Assembly: GCA_964606665.1 (NCBI GenBank) | Contig: CAZSHS010000002.1 | Coordinates: 3,487-67,486, forward strand | DNA length: 64,000 bases | Direction of reading: 5' to 3' | Source: an uncultured Candidatus Obscuribacterales bacterium | GTDB lineage: Bacteria > Cyanobacteriota > Vampirovibrionia > Obscuribacterales > Obscuribacteraceae | Shown here: piece by piece, positions 29,692 to 38,587 of the stretch | Layout: every line of letters begins with the position of its first letter | Position numbering within the stretch: the stretch's first letter is position 1 | The notes under the pieces: model-generated | What the model saw: the letters and a program-made list of their open reading frames with translations, nothing else | What the model was told of the DNA's origin: nothing | Databases searched by the model: none | Made by a program: the position numbers and the translations under genes

Positions 29692-30927
29692 ATGGAATTT
29701 GTATATAAGGTACGTGACAATCAAGGTCGAGTGAGCGAAGCTTACGCCCAAGCTGAATCTGCTAGCGTGCTCAAAATCAGACTACAAGCAAGGGGTGTCG
29801 ATGTAATCGACATTAAAGAAAGAACTCGCCCTCAAGCTTTGCGATTAGATGCTCAAGAGTCGCTTGACAAAGTAGCCGCTTTATTTGAGCAGATAACTCT
29901 AAAAGACATGGTTGTCTTCTCAAGACAGTTTGCAGCTCTGGTGGGCTCTGGCGTGTCGATGCTGCGGACACTTTATATCATTGTCGACCAGTGTCCCAAT
30001 AAAAAATTGAAGCGCGCCATAGATGATGTAAGGCGTCTAGTCGAGTCAGGTTTGTCTTTATCTGATGCCATGACTAAACAGGCTGGAATCTTCGACTCGC
30101 TCTATATCTCGATGGTTAGAGCAGGCGAGGCAGGCGGTATTTTGTCCGAAGTGCTCAAACGATTAGCCGATTTTCTTGAGTATCGCCAGAAACTGAATCA
30201 AAAAGTTCGTGCCGCCATGGTTTATCCATCTGTTGTATTGCTTGTGGCAGTTGGTGTTTTCTGGGCCATGCTTACATTTGTGCTGCCTATTTTCGAAGGA
30301 CTATTCAAAAATATCGGCGGCGAATTGCCAGCCTACACTCAATTTTTAATAGGTTTATCGGTGGCGGCACGATCCATTTGGATGGTTCTATTTTTAATTG
30401 CATGCACAATCGGTGCTGTTTTTCTGCGTAATTACTACAAGACTCAGCAAGGCAAATTGCACATTGATGCAATTAAACTGTCTATTCCTCTTATAGGAGA
30501 GTTAATTCGAAAAGTGAGCATTGCTCGCTTTAGTCGCACTTTTGGAACTCTAATCCAGGCAGGTGTGCCCATGCTAAACGCACTTGAAGTAGTCAAAGAT
30601 ACTGCCGGAAATGCGGTGGTATCGCTTGCAGTACAAAAGATTCATGAGGAAGTACGCCAAGGTGGCACGATATCCAAACCGATGACAAGAGACAAGTTAT
30701 TTCCCCCCATGGTCACACAAATGGTGGCTGTAGGAGAAGAAACAGGCAAGCTAGACGACATGCTTGAAAAAATTGCCGAGTTCTACGATATGGAAGTAGA
30801 AAATTCAGTTGATTCTTTGACTTCAGTGCTTGAGCCGATAATGGTTGTGCTAATAGGTGGAGTTGTAGGCTCTGTGGTCGTGGGTATGTATTTGCCCATC
30901 TTCACCGTGATCAACCAGCTCAGATAG
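29692..30927 (+). CDS. pilC: Type IV pilus platform protein PilC (GspF family)
   Basis: 411 aa, two T2SSF-like repeats and three TM segments, in the typical position after pilB/pilT. Confidence 0.9.
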   Translation: MEFVYKVRDNQGRVSEAYAQAESASVLKIRLQARGVDVIDIKERTRPQALRLDAQESLDKVAALFEQITLKDMVVFSRQFAALVGSGVSMLRTLYIIVDQCPNKKLKRAIDDVRRLVESGLSLSDAMTKQAGIFDSLYISMVRAGEAGGILSEVLKRLADFLEYRQKLNQKVRAAMVYPSVVLLVAVGVFWAMLTFVLPIFEGLFKNIGGELPAYTQFLIGLSVAARSIWMVLFLIACTIGAVFLRNYYKTQQGKLHIDAIKLSIPLIGELIRKVSIARFSRTFGTLIQAGVPMLNALEVVKDTAGNAVVSLAVQKIHEEVRQGGTISKPMTRDKLFPPMVTQMVAVGEETGKLDDMLEKIAEFYDMEVENSVDSLTSVLEPIMVVLIGGVVGSVVVGMYLPIFTVINQLR

Positions 30928-31046
30928 TAAGTTTCCGGACGCGAACAGTTATCAAGATATATCACTTTCAGGCAGTTGCCGGGCGCCTATAATTTTGACA
31001 TTTTGCCTTATATCGACAAACTTAGTCCTTTTTTTCAATAAATCTG

Positions 31047-31075
31047 TTGGATATTCTCAATTAAGGCCATACAAT
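31047..31075 (+). promoter_or_regulatory. Candidate sigma-70-type promoter for the sigma-ABC-pilD-pilMNOP operon
   Basis: TTGGAT (31047-31052), a 17-nt spacer, then TACAAT (31070-31075) in the 230-nt gap after pilC. Confidence 0.4.
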
Positions 31076-31157
31076 ATTCATTATTCCTAATTTATGACCT
31101 TTGCAGGCCCCATAGTAGGACTCTTGTCGGTAGTCAAGCAAAAAAGCGAGAAAAAAA

Positions 31158-32057
31158 GTGAGCAAAAGCTTGCATGCAAAAAAAACCAGTCAGGCAAATT
31201 CGTCATACGTGCCGACCGCCAAAATACCAGAACCAACTGTAATAGCCAAAGATGTGGCAATGACCAAACCAGAACCAGGAAAAGCTCAAGATCAAATTCA
31301 CCAGTGGCTCGCACGCTACGCAACAACGCGTGACCCAGTTCTACGCGATTCAATCATTCAAGCTGCCCTTCCTCTGGTCAAAAGAATCGCCTACGGTCTG
31401 GCTAGACGCTCGACTGACCCAGTCGAGGATTTAATACAAGTCGGATCTATCGGCTTAATTAAAGCGGTTGACCAGTTCAAAGTTGATGCTGGCGCTAAGT
31501 TTCAAACTTATGCCACTCACTTAATTACTGGCGAAATCAGACATTATCTCAGAGACAAAACAGCAATGATTCGCGCCCCGCGTGAATTGCAAGAATTATC
31601 TTTCCGCATCAATCGTTTGGTACAGAATCTTACTGCCCGCCTTGGTCGCGAGCCTTCAGATTCAGAAATCGCATTTGAACTTCAAATACCAGTTTCACGA
31701 GTAAACGAGGCTTACGAAGTTGACCGCAGACGCACACTTGTGTCGCTCGATCAGGCTCTTTCAAACGATGCCGGCTCCGAGCAATCACTTATAGACACAC
31801 TTGTAGATGGACGTTATAACAACAATCAGATGGCAAAAGAAGACCGCTTCATGCTTGCAGAAGCCATCAAACAGTTGCGTGACGGCTTGCGCGAAGTAGT
31901 CCAACTCACTTTCTATGAAGACTTAAGTCAAACAGAAGTGGCTCGACGCCTTGGTATTTCGCAAATGCAAGTGTCTCGCCGATTGCGCGCAGCCACTGCC
32001 GAACTACACAAAATCATCACCCATAACAGAAAGATTTCCGGTCAGAAAGGCAGTTAA
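31158..32057 (+). CDS. Group-3 (SigB/SigF-type) RNA polymerase sigma factor
   Basis: Region 2 (DLIQVGSIGLIKAVDQF, YATHLITGEIRHYLRD), region 3, and a region 4.2 HTH (LSQTEVARRLGISQMQVSRRL). The start is either GTG 31158 or ATG 31260. Confidence 0.85.
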   Translation: MSKSLHAKKTSQANSSYVPTAKIPEPTVIAKDVAMTKPEPGKAQDQIHQWLARYATTRDPVLRDSIIQAALPLVKRIAYGLARRSTDPVEDLIQVGSIGLIKAVDQFKVDAGAKFQTYATHLITGEIRHYLRDKTAMIRAPRELQELSFRINRLVQNLTARLGREPSDSEIAFELQIPVSRVNEAYEVDRRRTLVSLDQALSNDAGSEQSLIDTLVDGRYNNNQMAKEDRFMLAEAIKQLRDGLREVVQLTFYEDLSQTEVARRLGISQMQVSRRLRAATAELHKIITHNRKISGQKGS

Positions 32058-32818
32058 TGTCGGCCAACCTGGTCATTGAAGCACGAGGCATCATCAAAGA
32101 TCGCATCGGCGGTCTTATGCGCAAAAAAACGCGCGTACTAAACGAGCTCGAACTCAAGGTGCAGGAAGGAGAAATCTACGGGTTACTTGGTCCTAACGGT
32201 GCAGGTAAAACCACTACACTCAAAATCTTGCTCGGTCTGCTAAAACCAGACCAGGGCGAGATTTCGATTTTGGGCAAAGAAGTGGGCAGTCTGCAGGGAC
32301 TGGCTCAAATTGGCTTCTTGCCTGAAAATCCGTATTTCTATTCACATCTAACTGGAAGCGAATTTCTCGATTTTATCGCTCAGCTATTCAGCATCAAAAA
32401 ACAAGAGCGCACCAAGCGCAAAGTTGAATTGTTGAAATTAGTCAAACTTGAGACTTATGCAAATGAGCCCATGCACAAATATTCAAAGGGCATGCTACAA
32501 AGACTTGGTATTGCTCAATCGCTCATTAACGATCCGGCCTTAATCTTCTGGGACGAGCCGATGTCGGGACTAGATCCCATAGGTCGAAAAGATGTGCGCG
32601 AAATTCTGCGCGACCTAAAATGCAAAGGCAAAACCGTACTTTTATGCTCGCACTTACTTCCCGATATCAACGACCTCTGCGATAGAGTAGGCATCTTATA
32701 TGCAGGTAGACTCATTGCCGAAGAAGAAGTCAAAAACATATCTAAAGAAGGAAGTTACTTAGGACTAGAAGAATATTTCCTGACTAAAATAGAAGAGGCA
32801 AGTCATGGAACAACTTGA
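32057..32818 (+). CDS. ABC transporter ATP-binding protein
   Basis: Walker A GPNGAGKTT, signature YSKGMLQRL, Walker B LIFWDEP. The start overlaps the sigma gene stop (TAATG). Confidence 0.9.
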   Translation: MSANLVIEARGIIKDRIGGLMRKKTRVLNELELKVQEGEIYGLLGPNGAGKTTTLKILLGLLKPDQGEISILGKEVGSLQGLAQIGFLPENPYFYSHLTGSEFLDFIAQLFSIKKQERTKRKVELLKLVKLETYANEPMHKYSKGMLQRLGIAQSLINDPALIFWDEPMSGLDPIGRKDVREILRDLKCKGKTVLLCSHLLPDINDLCDRVGILYAGRLIAEEEVKNISKEGSYLGLEEYFLTKIEEASHGTT

Positions 32819-33599
32819 AGTAGTAGGTGCCATCGCCCTTAACTCTTTTCGCGAAACAGTGCGCGACCGAGTTTTGTACGCTTTCTTTGTATTTGCTTGC
32901 GTAGTCACAGTAGGTGGCATTCTGCTTGGCTCCCTTTCTGTTGGACAAGATTTGCGTATCATTGAAGATTTAGGCATGGCTGTCATTGCCATCATTGGCG
33001 GTGTTATCACAGTTATCGCCGGGACCAATATGGTCTACAAAGAACTGGAGCACAGAACCATCTATGTAATATTTACCAAGCCTGTAACTAGCTGGCAGTT
33101 TATTCTAGGTAAATATCTTGGACTTGGTATGTGCATTCTTGTAATGACAGTAATGATGGGAGCCTTTCTCATTTGCCTCGTCTGGCTAGTCGATCCCATG
33201 CACCAGATACAATTGCACTTACCCCGCATTCTTCCCTCTATTTTATTAGTGTTGCTTGAAATGCTTTTTGTTTTGTCATTAGCCACATTTTTTTCAACAT
33301 TCTGTAGCCCTGTTATGAGCGTCATTTTCACTTTGAGCCTTTGGTTTATCGGTCACCTTGGCACGTCATTAATTGAACTGGCAAACATGTCTGAAAACCA
33401 GTTCGCACGCGTGCTTTTGAAAACAATCTACTGGATTCTACCAGATCTATCTAACCTGACAAGAATAAGATCTTTGCTCATGTATGGGCATTATCCTTCT
33501 AAAGAGATGATTTTATTTCTGTCGTGTTATGTCCTTGCCTTCATACTATTTTTGCTGTGTCTGGCAGCAATCATAAACGAACAGAGAGAATTCCCCTAA
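32805..33599 (+). CDS. ABC-2-type transporter permease
   Basis: 264 aa with about six TM helices. Overlaps the ATPase gene by 14 nt. Confidence 0.7.
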   Translation: MEQLEVVGAIALNSFRETVRDRVLYAFFVFACVVTVGGILLGSLSVGQDLRIIEDLGMAVIAIIGGVITVIAGTNMVYKELEHRTIYVIFTKPVTSWQFILGKYLGLGMCILVMTVMMGAFLICLVWLVDPMHQIQLHLPRILPSILLVLLEMLFVLSLATFFSTFCSPVMSVIFTLSLWFIGHLGTSLIELANMSENQFARVLLKTIYWILPDLSNLTRIRSLLMYGHYPSKEMILFLSCYVLAFILFLLCLAAIINEQREFP

Positions 33600-34775
33600 A
33601 TGGAAAGCCTAATCGACCAAATAAACGATTTTCTGACCTTGAGTCAGTACAACACTTTGCGCCAGATTTTAGCGCCCATACTTGGAGTGTGTATAGGCAG
33701 TTTTTTAAATGTGGTGGCACTTCGCTCTCTTGCTGAAAAGTCCTGGATACATCCGCCGTCGCACTGCCCGCATTGCAAACATAAGCTTGGATTTCTAGAC
33801 TTAATTCCACTCTTTGGATTTTTGATGCTCAAAGGCAAATGCAGATATTGCCAGAAGGCAATTTCAATCCAGTATCCATTGACTGAATTGTTCACTGGAC
33901 TAATTTTTTTTCTGATAAGCCAAACCTATGGTTGGACTCTTGTAGGTCTTGCTATGGTTTTCTTTTCATGCACGCTGATTGCTGTCACTTTGACCGATTT
34001 GAAAGAAAAGCTCATCCCGCATGAAATTACTTATCCTTCAATGTTGCTTGGCATTTTGTACAGTTCGTTTTGGGGCACCGGTTTTTTTAATACCATGGCT
34101 GGTGTTGGCATAAGTTATGTTCTGTTCGATTTTATCGACTTTTATGGTCTTGTTAGTATCAGATGGTTTCAAGGCGCTGATGCCAACGATGAAGAAGCTA
34201 AAAATGATAGTGAAGACCAAGCAGTTTTGGAGGAGTTCGATCCAAGTATCGACAGAAGCTTCGATATTATTGAAAGTCAAAAAGAAGAAAAGAAATTCTT
34301 TGGTGACGATGAAGACGATGTGGTCATGGGCGGAGGCGACGCAGTACTTGCAGCGGTTATTGCCGCATGGCTTGGAATGGAAAAAATGTTGCTCTCAGTG
34401 GCACTGGCATTTCTAGTTGGCTCTCTCATGGGTGCTTGCTATGTCTTTTCCGACATGAAACGTCGCGGCACACTTAATCTGGTGATAAAACCGGCTATTT
34501 GGGGCTTTGTTATAGGACTGGGTTTAATGTGTTTGCCACTTAGTGCAGTTGCATTTTTGTCTCATGACACATCAACCTGGCTCACCCCAAATCTGGCGCT
34601 CTTGGCGCTTGCAGGTGGCGTTTGTGGAGGACTTGTATCTGCTGTTTTTACAGGCTCACGCTTCTCGGTCAAGTTCCCTTTTGGACCTTCACTTGCCACT
34701 GGAGCATTTTTAGTGATGCTACTTTCCAATAATCTTAGTAAGATGGAATATACCGGCGAATTCTGGAAATTTTAA
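33600..34775 (+). CDS. pilD: Prepilin peptidase / N-methyltransferase PilD (A24 family) with an acidic insertion
   Basis: Zn-binding CPHC...CRYC, QYPLTELFTG, first Asp context LTDLKEKLIP and second Asp context GGGDAVLAAVIAAWLG. The ATG immediately follows the permease stop. Confidence 0.85.
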   Translation: MESLIDQINDFLTLSQYNTLRQILAPILGVCIGSFLNVVALRSLAEKSWIHPPSHCPHCKHKLGFLDLIPLFGFLMLKGKCRYCQKAISIQYPLTELFTGLIFFLISQTYGWTLVGLAMVFFSCTLIAVTLTDLKEKLIPHEITYPSMLLGILYSSFWGTGFFNTMAGVGISYVLFDFIDFYGLVSIRWFQGADANDEEAKNDSEDQAVLEEFDPSIDRSFDIIESQKEEKKFFGDDEDDVVMGGGDAVLAAVIAAWLGMEKMLLSVALAFLVGSLMGACYVFSDMKRRGTLNLVIKPAIWGFVIGLGLMCLPLSAVAFLSHDTSTWLTPNLALLALAGGVCGGLVSAVFTGSRFSVKFPFGPSLATGAFLVMLLSNNLSKMEYTGEFWKF

Positions 34776-34790
34776 GTGGGGACATAAAAA

Positions 34791-36521
34791 TTGTTTGGCC
34801 TGGGGTTTAGCAAAAAGGATGGACCAAGGCTCGGCGTCGATATCAACAGCGACAGCGTCACTTTGATCCAACTTGAAAAAACTCGCTCTCACATAGAAGT
34901 GAGTCGCTTCGCTTCATCTCCAACACCGGCAAACACTGTACGCGAAGGTCTTGTGACCGATCCGCAAACTATTGGCGCTGTGATACTCGAGCTTATTCAA
35001 GAAGCAGGAATTCCAGTCTCTAGCTCTGCGCCAACGCTCAACATGACCATTCCGGCTCAAGCAGCAGTAATTCGATTGATACCAGTACCAACTGGTATGC
35101 CAGCAGAAGAACTAGCCGAAGTGGTAACCCAAGAAGCTGCCAACCATATTCCATATAATATTCAAGACGCCAATTTAGACTGGTCGCTCATGCCCGCCAC
35201 CGAGCGAACAGACCCAGATGGCGTCAGACGCGTGGATGTCATTTTAGCCGCTATTCAGCGCTCAATAATCGAATCTTGCTGGCTCACCACGGACAGTGCC
35301 GGGGCAAAATTGGGACGAGTAGAAGTTTCATCTCTAGCTGCTATTCGTGGTCTTTCTTTATGCGGATACTTTGGCTCCACTGGCCACACGTCAATGCTTG
35401 TAAATATTAGGCAAGACGCCACAGATATAAATATCATCAGAAGCTCCATGCCCTTGTTTGGTCGGTCTATTCTAGTGGGCGTCGAGACTCTTACTGAAGC
35501 TATATCGCGCAGTCTTGACATAGACTTTGAACAAGCTCTAGATTTACTGCCTCAGCTACCGGTATTTGGCACACCACCCAGAAACGAAGTGCAAGGACAT
35601 GCTGCCCAGGTTGCACGCACTATTTTTTCAGATATTACAGATGAGCTTGAGCGTTCGCTTGAATATTTTCAATCGCAAGGCAACGAAGCAAGCCTGGACA
35701 AAATAATCATCACCGGGCAAGGTTGCATGGTGCCCCAGATTGACAATTACATTTCTAATAGAATCGGGCGCAAAGTAATTTTAGGCAATTCGATGCGCGA
35801 CATGGTCTTTGACAAATCAGTTATTGTCGAGCGCATGCAACCTATTTTGTCAGGTTTAATTGGATCTGCTCTGGAGCCTACCTGGAGCCCCAATTACACA
35901 GTAGATCTTGATTTAAATCGCGAAGGTCGCCTGCCACTATTTTTTGATGATCGTAAAACTCAGGTCATGCCAGATAGTGAACAAAGCCCCAATTATTTAA
36001 AACCGCTTTTCACTGCAGGCAGTATCGCTTTTGTACTTTGTCTTGGACTATTTATTTATTTATTGAATTTTGAAAAGCCAGCTATCCAAGCCGATCTCGA
36101 AAAAGCAAACAAAGAAGTGAGCGACGCTCAGCTTAGTTTAAAACAAATGACTAAAGTTAAGCACGACAATGCCATGCTTGCTGCACGCTATGAAGTATTC
36201 AATTTTCTGATAAATAAAACTCGACGTCTATCTCGATACTTAGATTTAGTCTCGCAGAATGTCCCGATTTCAGTGCAACTACACGAAGTAAGTTTTAGCA
36301 AAGCAAATATGAAAATCCAGGGACTAGCGGACAATTACTCAGACATATCTAAATTCGCTGCCAATCTTGATTCTTCATCTATTGTTCAAAGCGCTGAAAT
36401 AAATTATGCCACTCGCAATGAAAAGCAGCCTGACACTGTTGATTTTTCACTCACTGTCAATGCCACCGACAACAACAAGACGACAATCTCGACTACCAAT
36501 AAAATCGAGGTACAAAGATGA
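34791..36521 (+). CDS. Fused PilM (actin-like ATPase) and PilN pilus alignment protein
   Basis: The N-terminal 370 aa or so are PilM-like (GVDINSDSVTLIQLEK...). A single TM helix follows (LFTAGSIAFVLCLGLFIYLL), then a PilN-like periplasmic region (NVPISVQLHEVSFSKANMKIQGLADNYSDISKFAANLDSS). TTG start. Confidence 0.8.
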   Translation: MFGLGFSKKDGPRLGVDINSDSVTLIQLEKTRSHIEVSRFASSPTPANTVREGLVTDPQTIGAVILELIQEAGIPVSSSAPTLNMTIPAQAAVIRLIPVPTGMPAEELAEVVTQEAANHIPYNIQDANLDWSLMPATERTDPDGVRRVDVILAAIQRSIIESCWLTTDSAGAKLGRVEVSSLAAIRGLSLCGYFGSTGHTSMLVNIRQDATDINIIRSSMPLFGRSILVGVETLTEAISRSLDIDFEQALDLLPQLPVFGTPPRNEVQGHAAQVARTIFSDITDELERSLEYFQSQGNEASLDKIIITGQGCMVPQIDNYISNRIGRKVILGNSMRDMVFDKSVIVERMQPILSGLIGSALEPTWSPNYTVDLDLNREGRLPLFFDDRKTQVMPDSEQSPNYLKPLFTAGSIAFVLCLGLFIYLLNFEKPAIQADLEKANKEVSDAQLSLKQMTKVKHDNAMLAARYEVFNFLINKTRRLSRYLDLVSQNVPISVQLHEVSFSKANMKIQGLADNYSDISKFAANLDSSSIVQSAEINYATRNEKQPDTVDFSLTVNATDNNKTTISTTNKIEVQR

Positions 36522-37234
36522 GCAGGTGGACAAAACTCCTTATTGCTGCCTCTCCACTAATTGGAGCATTCTTACTTGCAGCACAAATTCAGCCTCTCTT
36601 TGCCGAAATAGAATTATTAAAAGCCGATATTCAAAATAAAAAAGCAGATTATTCAAGACTTGAACATTCGCTTATAGAAAAAGGTCTGCTAGAAAAGAAA
36701 TCGCGCACGCTGCAAGAAGACCTGGCCAAAATGAAAAAAAATCTTCCTGCTACCGATCAGATAGATGTAGTTTTATTTGACATGGATAAGATGGCACATG
36801 AAACTGGTATCAATTTATTATCTCTTGAACTTACCGACGAAAAGAAAAAAACAGGCGACAAAGACACTATCGATGCTGTTTTTGAAGAGATGGGCAAAAA
36901 ACTACCTGTCGCTCAATTACAATTGCCTGGAGCAAAACCTGCAATTAAAACAGCCGAAGCTAAAACGGCTGATGCTGTAAGTGATATAGGATTGCGTCAT
37001 AAAAGCAAACGAGTCTTTTTGACAGGCAACTATCCCGAACTTGTGTCTTTCCTAAAGAAGATGGAAGACTACGAGCGCGTCATAAATATAAGCGATTTGG
37101 CTGTTGCTACAAACGCTTCGAACTCTCAAGATAAATCAGTCAGTATCGAGAAAGTGAAAAAATTTGCCGGTGACAAGCCAGTGATGACGTTCATCATGAA
37201 TGTCTATTACATGCCAAATGGTACGCAATCATGA
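36518..37234 (+). CDS. PilO-like pilus alignment protein
   Basis: ATGA overlap with pilM/N. N-terminal TM helix, coiled coil, and C-terminal LTGNYPELVSFLKKMEDYERVINISDLAV, typical of PilO. Confidence 0.6.
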   Translation: MSRWTKLLIAASPLIGAFLLAAQIQPLFAEIELLKADIQNKKADYSRLEHSLIEKGLLEKKSRTLQEDLAKMKKNLPATDQIDVVLFDMDKMAHETGINLLSLELTDEKKKTGDKDTIDAVFEEMGKKLPVAQLQLPGAKPAIKTAEAKTADAVSDIGLRHKSKRVFLTGNYPELVSFLKKMEDYERVINISDLAVATNASNSQDKSVSIEKVKKFAGDKPVMTFIMNVYYMPNGTQS

Positions 37235-37902
37235 GCGGACGATTGATAATGATACTTTTAATTGGAGCCATTGCTATTGGTGGCACTTACTGGTACACAA
37301 AAGATCAAGAAACAAAGCTGACAGCTCAAGAACAAGAGATGATGCGCAGCGTTGCCACTAATGTCAAATCAAAAACCATTACTCAGACAGTTTCACAAAC
37401 ACGATCTGTTTATCCAGCCACTTCAAAAACGGCATTAAACGACATGGCTCATGCAGTGGCAGGGCGCGTAGATCCTTTCGCTCCAACAGTTACAACAGTA
37501 CAAAGAATCAAGACTACAATTGAAAAGGAAACGAAATTATCAAAAGTTCCACCACCGCCAGATGGTGCACTAAATCTAGATAATGAAATGAGTCTTCCGC
37601 CAGAGCCCAAAGTCAGTTGGTCTGAAACGATTAAAACAAGCGAATTACCCGGACCTCCAGACAAGCCCATACTTGCAAATAGAGTAAGACTCAATGCCAT
37701 TTTTGATAACAATATCGTGCTTGATCTAGTCGATCCAGATCTAAGACGCGCATTAGGCATGCGCAAGTTTATCACACTCAAAGAAGGCGATGATCTAACT
37801 GTCGATGGCGAAACAACTCACGTTGCCAAAGTCGACGACGGTTATTGTGTATTGACCGAAGGCTCTAGTCAGAGACGTTTGGTCTTATCGCCCATCCGAT
37901 AG
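37231..37902 (+). CDS. PilP-like protein (tentative)
   Basis: ATGA overlap with the pilO-like gene. N-terminal TM helix and a Pro-rich linker. The C-terminal beta-rich segment (RVRLNAIFDNNIVLDLV...ITLKEGDDL...HVAKVDDGYCVL) resembles the PilP core. Confidence 0.4.
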   Translation: MSGRLIMILLIGAIAIGGTYWYTKDQETKLTAQEQEMMRSVATNVKSKTITQTVSQTRSVYPATSKTALNDMAHAVAGRVDPFAPTVTTVQRIKTTIEKETKLSKVPPPPDGALNLDNEMSLPPEPKVSWSETIKTSELPGPPDKPILANRVRLNAIFDNNIVLDLVDPDLRRALGMRKFITLKEGDDLTVDGETTHVAKVDDGYCVLTEGSSQRRLVLSPIR

Positions 37903-37953
37903 AATACTCATTGGCCAACCATAAGTAAAACATCCCGTAATACTTATGCTCAG

Positions 37954-37970
37954 CACTTTTGCAAAAAGTG
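37954..37970. terminator. Short palindromic hairpin between convergent genes (possible bidirectional terminator)
   Basis: CACTTTTgcaAAAAGTG, located between the pilP-like stop (37902) and the mobA stop (37990). Confidence 0.35.
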
Positions 37971-37989
37971 TATGTTGCACACAGATCTA

Positions 37990-38565
37990 TTATTTAGCTA
38001 GCAATTTCGAATAGTCGCTTGGCGTATTGACATTGAAATATGGAGGCAGATCTGGTGCAAGTCTGTCTTCGTATTTGCAATAGAATTTATGTACGCTTGG
38101 ATGCTTTTCAATTAATTCAGTCAAACTCAACTGGCAGGCGAACAAAGATTCTTCTAAGTCTTTGACACAGTTTTTAGTATAAATACCTATCAATGGCTCT
38201 AGACGCTCTTCGTGAGCCACACAAGTAATGTCATAACCAGCAGATTCTTTTTCTAGATTGCGAATCAAATCTTGATTGAATAAAGGCATGTCACAGGCAG
38301 TGACAAATACTTTGTCGTGCTTTGCCACAAGCAATCCAGACAAGATTCCACACAAAGGTCCACGATTTGGCAAAATATCTCGCACCACATCTGGTCCAAG
38401 ATCTAGATAAGTTTCTGGTTCGTTTGCAATGAGCAAAACTTCGTCGAAAAGTTTTTCCATACCTTCGACCAAATGCGAAATGAAAGTCGAGCCTGCGTAT
38501 GGCAGAAAAGCCTTCGCCCTTCCCATGCGCTTCGACTGTCCCCCGCACAAAATCAGTGCGGTCAT
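37990..38565 (-). CDS. mobA: Molybdenum cofactor guanylyltransferase MobA
   Basis: LILCGGQSKRMG, GPLCGILSGL and TACDMP motifs. I chose the start at MTALIL (38565) to avoid overlapping the upstream gene. Confidence 0.8.
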   Translation of the reverse strand: MTALILCGGQSKRMGRAKAFLPYAGSTFISHLVEGMEKLFDEVLLIANEPETYLDLGPDVVRDILPNRGPLCGILSGLLVAKHDKVFVTACDMPLFNQDLIRNLEKESAGYDITCVAHEERLEPLIGIYTKNCVKDLEESLFACQLSLTELIEKHPSVHKFYCKYEDRLAPDLPPYFNVNTPSDYSKLLAK

Positions 38566-38587
38566 CTCCAGTTTCTGCAAGTTCGCT

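Noticed and set aside
31087-31353. Small ORFs (79 aa on the plus strand, 88 aa on the minus strand) in the pilC-sigma gap as candidate missing pilin genes
   Set aside because: Neither has a prepilin leader or a hydrophobic N-terminal helix. Both overlap the sigma-factor reading frame or leader.
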